64,000 nt of DNA from Candidatus Avedoeria danica (GTDB taxonomy: Bacteria > Chloroflexota > Anaerolineae > Epilineales > Epilineaceae), in NCBI GenBank assembly GCA_016703025.1, contig JADJCV010000004.1, positions 1,775,412-1,839,411 of the forward strand, written 5' to 3'. The notes under the pieces are model-generated. The model saw nothing but the letters and a program-made list of their open reading frames with translations, searched no databases and was not told where the DNA came from. A program made the translations under genes and the position numbers. This document shows, one piece after another, positions 19,867 to 28,603 of this stretch (positions within the stretch are counted from its first letter, which is position 1; the number at the start of each line of letters is the position of its first letter).

Positions 19867-20039
19867 CCCTCTCCCGCGGGGGCGGGAGAGGGCGGTCCAG
19901 CCGGGGGCCGACGCGTCGATCCACTCGATCCCCCACGCAATGGATGGATCCTTTCTCCCGCCCCCATGGGAGAAACGCGGTACCCAAACGCGCCTGCCGG
20001 CGCGTTTGGGGCCCAATGGTGGCAGCGCCGCAGGCGCTG
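19867..20039. repeat. Four consecutive perfect or near-perfect hairpins between the rSAM and GT2 genes
   Basis: CCCTCTCCCGC/GCGGGAGAGGG (19867-19892), TTTCTCCC/GGGAGAAA (19952-19975), CCCAAACGCGCC/GGCGCGTTTGGG (19983-20010), and CAGCGCC/GGCGCTG (20023-20039). Confidence 0.5.
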
Positions 20040-20082
20040 ACGGATAGAGGGAGAGTTCGGCGGGCATGACTTGACCGGCTCT

Positions 20083-21178
20083 CTAGAACCCTTGACGATC
20101 GAAGAACAGCTTGAACATCGCCACCTGATCGCGCAGGCTGCGGCTGCGGTAGCAGTTCAACAGGCACGGCGCCTTGCACGGCTTCATCTTGTCGCGCACG
20201 TCCTGGGCGTGGGCCGACTCCCAGATCTGGCGGGGGTGGGTCGTCCGGACGTTGCCGACGAGGTCATCGACGGTGTAGCAGAAGTTCACGTCGCCGCGCG
20301 GGCCGATGTTGAACGTGCTGTAGCGGACCATGCACTCGTCCGGTCGCGGGTGGCTGGAGGGGCTCGCGGAAGTAGTGCTGCATCGCCACGAGGTGCTCAT
20401 CGGGGTTCCAGACGGCTTTGCCGGCGCGCTTGAGTTCGCGCACGGCCTCAAGGGCATCGTGGACCGCGTCGGGGTCGCGCGGCCAGTGTGGGTTGCGCTC
20501 GAACCATGCCGGGTCCATCCCCTCGTCCGTCGCGAACGTCGGATACAGCGGCTGGAACAGGACGCGGTCGACGCCAAGGCCGAGGGCCCACTCGGCGGTG
20601 GCAGCCATGTCGGCGTACGTCTCCTCCATGATGATCGACGCCACGCCGAGAACGATGCTCGGGTCGCGGCGCAGGTTCAGCACGGCCTCGACGCAGCGGT
20701 CGTAGAGCGGCACGCCCCGGCAGCGGTCGTGCACCTCACGGTTGAGCGTGTCGATCGAGATCGACAGGAAGTCGGGTCCGACCTCGCGAATGCGGTCGCA
20801 GGCCGACGGCGTGAGGTACATCCCGTTCGTCGACATCTTCGTCTTGATGCCGATGTCGCGGCAGTGCGCCAGGATGTCGAACATCCCGCGCTTCTGGAAC
20901 GGCTCGCCGCCGGAGATGACGATGAAGAACGGCCCGAGCCAGGAGCGCAGGTCGTCGAGGACGCGCTTCCATTCGTCCACGTCCAACTCGTTGTGCGCCT
21001 GGAGCGTCCAGATGTCGCACATCGTACAGCGCGCGGCGCACGCGTCGGTGATGATCACCGATACCTTGTCGGGCTTGCCGAGCGGGCGATCGAGGCTGTA
21101 GCTTGCCTTCAGACGCAGGTGGTTCAAGCCCTGCGTGGCGGCGAACTGCACATCGGCCAGCTGGATATCTGTGCGCAT
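20083..21178 (-). pseudogene. Radical SAM / SPASM-domain enzyme (anSME-like size) with one +1 frame change
   Basis: N-terminal CAARCTMC (CX3CX2C) and the radical-SAM core lie in one frame. The C-terminal SPASM-like ..ECMVRYSTFNIGPRGDVNFCY..KPCKAPCLLNC.. lies in another. The junction is near 20300. Confidence 0.55.
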
Positions 21179-21311
21179 GGTGTGACCCCGTCAGAGGCGC
21201 CGGTTCATCGAACCAGCCGGTCGAACATCGTGGGCGATCATCGTCGCCGCGCATTGAGACAGCGGAAACGACCGCCGCGGGTCCGCATGGCACGGACCGG
21301 CGTGATCCCGG

Positions 21312-21341
21312 TCATCGTGCCCCGGACTCGTCCGGGGCACG
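21312..21341. terminator. Perfect 14-bp inverted repeat ATCGTGCCCCGGAC-tc-GTCCGGGGCACGAT immediately 3' of the GT2 stop
   Basis: Read directly from the sequence. It lies between the GT2 stop (21343) and the rSAM start (21178) on the minus-strand transcript. Confidence 0.4.
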
Positions 21342-21342
21342 A

Positions 21343-22197
21343 TCATAGCGCCGGATCGGCCGCACCGAGGCACCATGCCAGCTTGGTGGCGTACACCGCC
21401 GGCCACGTCAGCGGGTAGCGCCGCCCCGGGCGACCCGCACCGTACAGCCGCGCCGTCGCCACCGCCGCGATGGCGGGTGCCAGCGCGTACAGCGCGAGCG
21501 GTCGGTAGATCCACGTCACACCGTCGAAGGCCGTCGGATGGCGCTGTCGCACGCCGACCATCCACCGCCCGCTCATGTACCAGTGGCGCCACATGTCGGC
21601 GGCCGTCGTCCGCGTCGGCCGGTGGAAGATCCACGCCGCGGGGTCGAGGAACGGTCGATGGCCGGCCGCCGCCAGCCGGATCGTCCAGTCGATGTCCTCG
21701 CCGCAGCGCAAACCGGGGTCCATCGCACCGACGTCGTCGACCGCCGTGGCCCGCACGCTCAGGTTCAGCGTCGGCAGGAAGGGGCGCGGGCCGGCGGGCA
21801 GGTGCGCGTCCACGTTGTGGAACATGGACAGGTTGTCCGCCAGTTGCCAGTACGGCCGCGGATCGTAGAGGACGGCGCCGCCCACGACGGTCTCGCCGGC
21901 GGCGTGCCGGGCGAGGTGGGCGGCCAGCCAGCCGGGTTCGGCGACGCAGTCCGCATCGAGGAAGACGTAGACGTCCCCGCTCGCCGCCTGGATGCCGCGG
22001 TTCCGCGCCCCGGCCGGCCATTCCGGCCGCTCGGTGTACAAGAATCGCACCCGCGGTTCGCCCGCCAGGCGCCCCGGACCGTCGCGGCCGACGACGATGA
22101 CCTCGTGCGCCCGCGCGCCCGCCTGGGCGAACACGCTCGCCACGGCGCGGTCGACGACGGGCGAGTCCAGGTTCGGGATGATGACCGAGGCCTTCAT
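21343..22197 (-). CDS. Family 2 glycosyltransferase
   Basis: MKASVIIPNLDSP.., DAD motif (FLDADC). ATGA overlap with the GT4 stop at 22194-22197. Confidence 0.75.
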   Translation of the reverse strand: MKASVIIPNLDSPVVDRAVASVFAQAGARAHEVIVVGRDGPGRLAGEPRVRFLYTERPEWPAGARNRGIQAASGDVYVFLDADCVAEPGWLAAHLARHAAGETVVGGAVLYDPRPYWQLADNLSMFHNVDAHLPAGPRPFLPTLNLSVRATAVDDVGAMDPGLRCGEDIDWTIRLAAAGHRPFLDPAAWIFHRPTRTTAADMWRHWYMSGRWMVGVRQRHPTAFDGVTWIYRPLALYALAPAIAAVATARLYGAGRPGRRYPLTWPAVYATKLAWCLGAADPAL

Positions 22198-23474
22198 CGC
22201 GCCGTCCCGGGCGCCGGCGCGCGATCGACGGCAGCGGCCTCGCCGACGCCCGCGGCCCCGTCGCCAACGCCCGCGTCGCCGACCAAGCCGACGAGCGCCG
22301 CCACGTACGCCGCCCAGCCGATCCGGCCCCGCGCCGCGACGGACCCCGCGCGCAGCCGCGCCGCCAGCCCTGGCTCCTCGCACAGCCGCACCACGGCCGC
22401 GGCCAGCGCCCGGGCATCCCCCGGCGGCACGACGAGCCCGGCGTCGCCGTCGACGACGACCTCGGGCAGCCCGCCGACATCCGTCACGATCATCGGGACG
22501 CCGTGCTCGATCGCCAACGTCAGGACGCCGCTCGAGGTGGCGGCGCGGTAGGGCAGGACGACGGCGTCGGCGGACGCGAACAACGGGGCCACTTCCTCGT
22601 TCTGCACGTAGCCGTCGCGGAGCGTCACCGCGTCGCCGAGTCCGAGCCGATCGGCCTGTGCGCGGAACGCATCGGCCCTCTGCCAGAACTCGCCGGCGAC
22701 GACGAGCCGCACGCCCGGCACGGCCTCGCGGGCGATGGCGAGCGCGTCGATGAGGACATCCAAGCCCTTGTACGGGCGGACGAGGCCGAAGAAGAGGAGC
22801 GTCGGCGCCGGCCCGATCGGCAGCGGTCGAACTTCATCGGGGGCGGCATCGCCTGGCGCGGTGGCGTCGAGCGCGGCATCGCCGGGCATGGCGCCGTCCG
22901 CGCCGTCGCCCGCCAGGTGGTGGAGCGGCAGCGCGGCGCGCGCCACGGCGCCCGGCATCCGCGCCCGCTCGCCGACGATGCCCTCCAGGACGGCGACGAG
23001 CGGCGTCGCGTGGACGAGCCAGCGGTCGCCGCGGCGGAGCGCGAGCGCGGTCAGCCAACGGGCCAACCGGCCGGGCGCGTCGTGCGGCAGGACATTGTGG
23101 CAGATCAGCACGATCGGCGGGCGCCGGCCGCGCCGGCCGAGGAGGGCGCTGAAGCCGACGACGAACGGGGCGAAGAACGGCACCCACCAGACGAGGAGAA
23201 CGGCATCCGGCCGTGCGGCGCGCACGCGGCGGGCGACGGCGGGCCAGCCGATCGGCCAGAGCGGCGCGATGATCCGTTCGGCCGGAACGCGCACCGGCTG
23301 TTCGGACGGGTCGATGACGGTCCGGCCCGGGAAGAGCCAAGCGGGGTAGAGGCTGCGAAAGGTCAGCGTCGTGACCTCGTGGCCGGCACCGGCGAGCGCC
23401 CGCGCCAGCAGGGCGGTGTGCTGGGCGATCCCGCCACGATACGGCCACACCGGTCCGATCAGGACCCAGCGCAT
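22194..23474 (-). CDS. Glycosyltransferase family 4 (GT-B, GT1/GT4-type)
   Basis: N-terminus MRWVLIGPVWPYRGGIAQH.. and a C-terminal EX7E-like region (LPYRAATSSGVLTLAIEHGVPMIVTDVGGLPEVV). Confidence 0.75.
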   Translation of the reverse strand: MRWVLIGPVWPYRGGIAQHTALLARALAGAGHEVTTLTFRSLYPAWLFPGRTVIDPSEQPVRVPAERIIAPLWPIGWPAVARRVRAARPDAVLLVWWVPFFAPFVVGFSALLGRRGRRPPIVLICHNVLPHDAPGRLARWLTALALRRGDRWLVHATPLVAVLEGIVGERARMPGAVARAALPLHHLAGDGADGAMPGDAALDATAPGDAAPDEVRPLPIGPAPTLLFFGLVRPYKGLDVLIDALAIAREAVPGVRLVVAGEFWQRADAFRAQADRLGLGDAVTLRDGYVQNEEVAPLFASADAVVLPYRAATSSGVLTLAIEHGVPMIVTDVGGLPEVVVDGDAGLVVPPGDARALAAAVVRLCEEPGLAARLRAGSVAARGRIGWAAYVAALVGLVGDAGVGDGAAGVGEAAAVDRAPAPGTAR

Positions 23475-23491
23475 CAGGCGGTCGACGCGGT

Positions 23492-24127
23492 CTAGGGCTG
23501 GTCCAGCCGGAAGCCGTAGCCCCGGATGGTCACCACATAGCTGTGCCGGGCGTCGTGCTCGGCCAGGCGCTGCCGGCAGCGCTTGACGAGAGCGTCGATC
23601 GAATCGTCGCTCACGCCGTCCCGCTCGGTCTCGGGCCAGACGGCGCCGACGATCGACTCGCGCGGCACCGGCCCGCCGTCGGCGTCGAGGAGGACCTTGA
23701 TCAGCCCGAACTGCTGTGCCGAGAGCGGCGGCGCCAGCACCTGGCCGTTCACGAAGACGTGCATCGTCTCGGGGTCGATCCGGATGCCGCGACCGGAGAA
23801 AGCGAGCGGCGCGGTGGCGTCGGCATCCACGTACCACAGCTTGTAGCGGGCCGAGATCGAGATGTCGTCACCGTCCTTCAGCGGTCGCGGTTCGCCGGTC
23901 ACGGGCTGGCCGTTCAGCCATGTCCCGTTCTTGCTGCCGTTGTCCACGAGGACGTAGCCGCGGCCGCTGCGGCGCACGGCGGCGTGCTGACGCGACACCG
24001 AGCGATCCGGCAAGCAGATCGCACACTCGGCGTCCCGGCCGATGACGATGACCTCGCGCCCGGCCAGCGGCCAGGTGCGCTCGGCAGCGCCATCGCGGAG
24101 CACGATCATCGCCCCTTCTTCTGCCAC
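23492..24127 (-). CDS. FHA-domain protein with C-terminal OmpR/PhoB-type winged-helix DNA-binding domain
   Basis: FHA signature (VIVIGRDAECAICLPDRSVSRQHAAV...GSKNGTWLNG) plus a trans_reg_C-like C-terminus (..VKRCRQRLAEHD..YVVTIRGYGFRL). Alternative start at 24109. Confidence 0.7.
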   Translation of the reverse strand: MAEEGAMIVLRDGAAERTWPLAGREVIVIGRDAECAICLPDRSVSRQHAAVRRSGRGYVLVDNGSKNGTWLNGQPVTGEPRPLKDGDDISISARYKLWYVDADATAPLAFSGRGIRIDPETMHVFVNGQVLAPPLSAQQFGLIKVLLDADGGPVPRESIVGAVWPETERDGVSDDSIDALVKRCRQRLAEHDARHSYVVTIRGYGFRLDQP

Positions 24128-24202
24128 GGTGCCCTCCCGCGACGACTATAGCACGACCGCGGGGCCGCATCGGCCGACGCGGAGCGCGCCGGGAATCGCG
24201 CC

Positions 24203-24237
24203 GCACGCGCTTGACCCGCCGGCCGCCGTCGCCCTAC
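24203..24237 (+). promoter_or_regulatory. Sigma-70-like promoter (-35 TTGACC, 17-nt spacer, -10 TACCCT) for the Ser/Thr kinase gene
   Basis: Hexamers read in the divergent intergenic region between the FHA gene and the kinase gene. Confidence 0.3.
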
Positions 24238-24246
24238 CCTGCCCGT

Positions 24247-25335
24247 ATGCGCAACCTCGAGCCCGACATCGTGCTTCGCGACCGCTACCGCTTGGTCGAG
24301 CTCGTCGGTCAAGGCGGTGCCGGCGCGGTCTGGCGTGCGGACGACCTGCGTTTGGCCGGCCGCGTCACCGCCGTCAAGGCGATCCTGCCGGACGTCGGCT
24401 CGGCGGCCGACCGGGCCGATCGCCAGGCACAGTTCCACCGCGAGGCCAGCATGTTGGCGCGCCTCGACCATCCGGCCCTGCCCAAGGTCTCGGACTATTT
24501 CGAGGACGACGGGACGGACTTCCTGGTCATGGACTACGTCGACGGGCCCGACCTTCGCCAGGTCGTCGATGCCGCGCTGGCGGCGGGCGAGCTCCTCGAC
24601 GTCGAGCGTGTGCTCGGCTGGGCCGATCAGCTCCTCGACGCCGTCGCCTACCTGCACGCCCAGTCGCCGCCCGTGCTGCACCGCGACATCAAGCCGGCGA
24701 ACATCAAGCTCGTGGCGGGCGAACGGATCAAGCTCGTCGACTTCGGCCTCGTCAAGGCGATGGACCCGGCCGACCCCCGGACGCTCACCGTGGCGCGCGG
24801 CGTCGGATCGCTGCCCTACACGCCGCTCGAGCAGTATGCCGGCGACACCGGCCACACGGACGTCCGGGCCGACCTCTACGCCGTCGGCGCGACGCTGTAC
24901 CACCTCATGACCGGCCGGCCGCCGGACACCGCCCAGGACCGCTTCCTGCTGCCCAATGCGCTCACCCGCCCGCGCCGGCTCAACCCCGACGTGCCGTCGC
25001 GCGTCGAGTCCGCCATCCTGACGGCGATGGCGCTCCACCCCGAGCGCCGGCCGCCGACGGCCGAGGCGCTGCGCGCGCTCCTCGTCGGCGACGCGCCGGT
25101 CCTCGGCAGCGTCGAGCTCGGTACGGCGGGGCTGGCGTGGCGGCAGGCGATCTGGGACAACGCCGGCCTGATCGCGCTCGTCGCGCTGCTCGTGTTGCTC
25201 ACCGTCGTCGCGACCTGGCAGGCGACCGCCGCGAGCGCGCCGGCCGCGGCGCCGACGGCAAGCGCTGGATCCACCGCCACCGCACCGATCGCCACGCCGA
25301 CGGGGCCAGCGGCAGCAGCGCCAGCAGGAAGCTGA
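24247..25335 (+). CDS. Hanks-type Ser/Thr protein kinase with C-terminal TM anchor
   Basis: Gly loop GQGGAGAVW, VAVK-like lysine, HRDIKPANI catalytic loop, DFG, and SLPYTPLEQ. A TM helix lies near the C-terminus. Confidence 0.8.
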   Translation: MRNLEPDIVLRDRYRLVELVGQGGAGAVWRADDLRLAGRVTAVKAILPDVGSAADRADRQAQFHREASMLARLDHPALPKVSDYFEDDGTDFLVMDYVDGPDLRQVVDAALAAGELLDVERVLGWADQLLDAVAYLHAQSPPVLHRDIKPANIKLVAGERIKLVDFGLVKAMDPADPRTLTVARGVGSLPYTPLEQYAGDTGHTDVRADLYAVGATLYHLMTGRPPDTAQDRFLLPNALTRPRRLNPDVPSRVESAILTAMALHPERRPPTAEALRALLVGDAPVLGSVELGTAGLAWRQAIWDNAGLIALVALLVLLTVVATWQATAASAPAAAPTASAGSTATAPIATPTGPAAAAPAGS

Positions 25336-27967
25336 GCACCGGCGCCTGGTAAGCCGGGTTCCAACTGCGCGGCCAGAGTCGGCCGCCGCTCGGCAGCCAG
25401 CTGGGCATGCGCAACCCGCCGACGAGGACGAGCAAGTAGCCCGCCAGCCCGCAAGCGAGGCTGAGCAGGAAGAGCCGCACCGCACGTGAAGGCACGCGCG
25501 GTCCCTCGCCGGCACCGAAGACGATCACGCCGGCCAGCAGGATCAGCGTCAAGCTGAAGAGCAGGATGCTCCAGTCGGCCGGCAGCTGTCGGATCGCCAG
25601 CGGCCCTTGGCCGGCGGTCGGCGTCGGGACGTCGAGGACGCTGCCGCTGACGTGGACGACGAGCGGTGCGCTGGCCAGCCCGCTGTCCAGCACGGCGGTG
25701 ATCTCGATGTCGCCCTGGCGATCCGCCGGGAGCGTGACGGTTGCCCGGCCATCGACGGTCTGCCCGACGACGTCGCGCAGGTAGACGTCCTCCGCGGGGT
25801 CGTAGCCGCGGACGGTGACCGTCGTGCCGTCGGGCACGGGGTGGCCATTGGCGTCCCGGATCTCGCCCGTACGCACCGTGATCCGCCCGCCGTGGGCGAC
25901 CGCGGCGTCCGGCCGGCCGCCGACCAAGCTGAGGTCGATCACCTGGCCGGATGCGGGGAGGAGCTGGGTGGCGAGGTCGTAGCCGGCGCCCGGCACCGAG
26001 ACCGGGCTCGCCCCGACCGCCGCCTCGTCCCCGAACACGGCGCGCAAGGCCACGCGCACGAACGGCCCCCCCGGACTGTAGACGGCATAGTAGGCGGCCA
26101 GCCGGGAAATCTCGCTGGCGTCGAGGCCGTACGGCGCGTCGAACGCAACGGCCACCAGTCGCTGGCCGGCCGACTCGGTCTCACTGGCCTGCAGGAACAG
26201 CCGCGGCGCATCCGAGCCCGGCGCCTCGGTCGGCCGGACGTCCCGCATGAAGAAGACGATCCAGTCGGCCTGGGCGACACCGCGCGCCACTTCGTCCTGC
26301 CGTGCCGCGCTCAACGGCGGCACGAGCGATGGGTTGTTCTCGGCAGCGATCCGGCCGGTGGCCCCGAGCCATGCCCGAAGCTCGCGGGCGGTCACGACGC
26401 CGACGTCCTCGGCGCGGACGATTCGCCGCGTGCCCGACCCCGTCGGGCCGTACGTCAGCAGGCACGTCGCGAGGACCTCGTCGGGGTCGAGCACCCACTG
26501 GGGCGGACACCCGTCGCACTCCCGGCTGTCGCGCGCGTCGACGACGAACAGCAGGCGATCGCCGGATTGCGGCGACGGCACCGGGGCACGGCCACCGCCG
26601 GCCGTCGGCGGGGCGAACAGCGTGAGCGCGGCGCGGGCGACGGCCTGCGCATCGTCGCCCCCCAGTCCGGTGGACGCAGGCGCGGCCTCGGCATCGACGG
26701 CGACGCCGTCCGGCGTGGCCGCAGCGTACAGCGCGCGCTTGCGGGCCAGGACGCGGCGCAGCGCCCGGTCGACGGCCTCGCGAACGTTGTCGTCCTCCTC
26801 GTAGGCCGCGGTGAGCCAGGCGAGCGCCTCCTCGATCTCCGCGGGCGAACGGGTCGGGTCGTCGGGCACGTCGAAGCCGGACAGGTTGAGGACGTCGTTG
26901 CCGGCCAGGAGCGCCTCGCGCACGACGCGGCGCACATTGAACGCCGCTCCCTGCGGGTCGGTGTAGCGCCGCACGCCGGCCAGCCCGAGTCCGGGGCTGA
27001 AGAGGAGCCCGCCGCCCTCCCGCCAGGCATCGAGGCTCGGTAGCTGGCCGCGCAGGTAGGCAAGGCCGCTGCCGTCGAGGGACAGCGGCCGATCGATCTG
27101 CCGCTGGACACCGCGGAACCGGACGTGGGTCGTCACGAGCGCGTCGACGACGCTGGAGCGGTTGTCCCGCGGCTCGACAACGGCCACGAACGGCACGAGC
27201 TCGGTGCGCCGCAGGTCGTCCAGGCTGCTCTCCACGATCGGCAACTCGGCGGTTTGGCTCCGGTCGGCGCCGCCGACGCCCGGGAAGCTGCCGGCGGCCA
27301 CGGCCACCCGCCCGTCGCTGCCGCGGTGGATGCCGCCGACGATCTCCCGGCCGAGCTTGGCCACCCACGACGGGTTGCCGCCGAGCGCCCGGGCGCCGAG
27401 GTCGCCGGTGCTGCCCGGGCGCGGCTGGGCGACGACATCCAGGTTGGGACCGAGCCAAAGGTTGACGCCGACGGCCCGCAGCTCACGCCCGACGACCTCG
27501 CCGACGCGCCCGGCCAACGCCGGGTCCCACGTGGCGCCGAGGGCCATCGCGCTCGGTACGTCGGTCATGCCGCCGCGCAGCGGGCTGAGCGGGAACGCCG
27601 CCCCGTCGCTGTCGACGGCAATCCACAGCGGGACGAACGCCGCGTGTCGTGCGGCGCGCGCCTGCAGCGCGTTCGCCAGCAGCGCCACCTGGCGCGGCGT
27701 GTCAGGTGCGTTCAAAAAGTTGCCGGCGCGCGGGTCGACGATGACGCCGCCGACACCCTGATCGACGAGGCGGGCGATCGCGCGATCGTCGGACACGCCG
27801 TCGCCCCGGAACGGCACGAGGAGGAGCTGGCCGACGCGCTCCGCGGGGGTCATGTCGGCGATCAGGGCGTCGATCTCGCCGGCGGCCGTTGCCGCTCGGG
27901 GCGGCACGGCGGTCGCACAGGACGCGGCGAGGGCCGCGGCGAAGCAGAGAAGTGTTCGGGTGCGCAC
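25199..27967 (-). CDS. Glycoside hydrolase family 3 (NagZ-like beta-N-acetylhexosaminidase) with a large C-terminal extension and TM helices
   Basis: GH3 N-terminal domain (TPAERVGQLLLVPF, ..VGGVIV..). The start is uncertain: the GTG at 27967 gives a plausible signal peptide. The 3' end overlaps the convergent kinase gene by about 137 bp. Confidence 0.6.
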   Translation of the reverse strand: MRTRTLLCFAAALAASCATAVPPRAATAAGEIDALIADMTPAERVGQLLLVPFRGDGVSDDRAIARLVDQGVGGVIVDPRAGNFLNAPDTPRQVALLANALQARAARHAAFVPLWIAVDSDGAAFPLSPLRGGMTDVPSAMALGATWDPALAGRVGEVVGRELRAVGVNLWLGPNLDVVAQPRPGSTGDLGARALGGNPSWVAKLGREIVGGIHRGSDGRVAVAAGSFPGVGGADRSQTAELPIVESSLDDLRRTELVPFVAVVEPRDNRSSVVDALVTTHVRFRGVQRQIDRPLSLDGSGLAYLRGQLPSLDAWREGGGLLFSPGLGLAGVRRYTDPQGAAFNVRRVVREALLAGNDVLNLSGFDVPDDPTRSPAEIEEALAWLTAAYEEDDNVREAVDRALRRVLARKRALYAAATPDGVAVDAEAAPASTGLGGDDAQAVARAALTLFAPPTAGGGRAPVPSPQSGDRLLFVVDARDSRECDGCPPQWVLDPDEVLATCLLTYGPTGSGTRRIVRAEDVGVVTARELRAWLGATGRIAAENNPSLVPPLSAARQDEVARGVAQADWIVFFMRDVRPTEAPGSDAPRLFLQASETESAGQRLVAVAFDAPYGLDASEISRLAAYYAVYSPGGPFVRVALRAVFGDEAAVGASPVSVPGAGYDLATQLLPASGQVIDLSLVGGRPDAAVAHGGRITVRTGEIRDANGHPVPDGTTVTVRGYDPAEDVYLRDVVGQTVDGRATVTLPADRQGDIEITAVLDSGLASAPLVVHVSGSVLDVPTPTAGQGPLAIRQLPADWSILLFSLTLILLAGVIVFGAGEGPRVPSRAVRLFLLSLACGLAGYLLVLVGGLRMPSWLPSGGRLWPRSWNPAYQAPVLSFLLALLPLAPSAWRSVRWRWIQRLPSAPRPARSRRSPARSRRR

Positions 27968-28603
27968 GGTGGGCAAGGATAGGGAATCCGCGGCCGAACG
28001 CCAGCGCCGGCCGCGCGGGGCGGTCGGGCGCCGACGCCGTGTCGGCCGTCGGACGCGACCGCACGACCCGGTTGACAGAATGGCCCGCGGCATGTTAATG
28101 TAGTTGTAACTCGCACGCTCGCACGGCGGCCGACGAAGGGTTGCGACAACGCCCTTCACCGAGTTGTGCGCGTGGACCTGAGGGCCGACTCGGGGTCGTT
28201 TGGCGGTCGAGCCGGCCCAACGACAGTCTACGGAGGTCATCCGGCCCGTGTGCGCAGCGACCGGTGTTATGCATGAAGAGAGGCGCCTGGCGACGAAGTC
28301 CTGGGTCTGCCCCTGCCCGAGCTCTGACGGGACCGCGCGCCGGCGCCTCTCGCCCGTGCATAACGGTGTTGGGAAATTGGGCGTTACGCACGGTTGTCGA
28401 TTGCGACTTCATTCCTGGACGATCCCCCATGCGTAGGGAGTGACGCAATACGGCCGATAGACACGGACCGCGGAGCGGCCCGTCTTCTCAGTTCGGGTCT
28501 CCTCGGTGCGATTGCGTTGAGGAGCGACGAGTCCGGCAATGGCGGGCTGTCAGAGATTGCCGTTTCCGCTGCCCCGGACGGCGAACGCGATGCGGAGGAA
28601 CAA

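Noticed and set aside
19814-20082. Small ORFs (track entries 19810-20067, 19825-20040 and 19841-20179) as possible RiPP precursor peptides for the SPASM enzyme.
   Set aside because: The sequences are Arg/Pro-rich, overlap the hairpin cluster, have no Cys/Ser/Thr-rich core and no ribosome-binding site. They are most likely non-coding.
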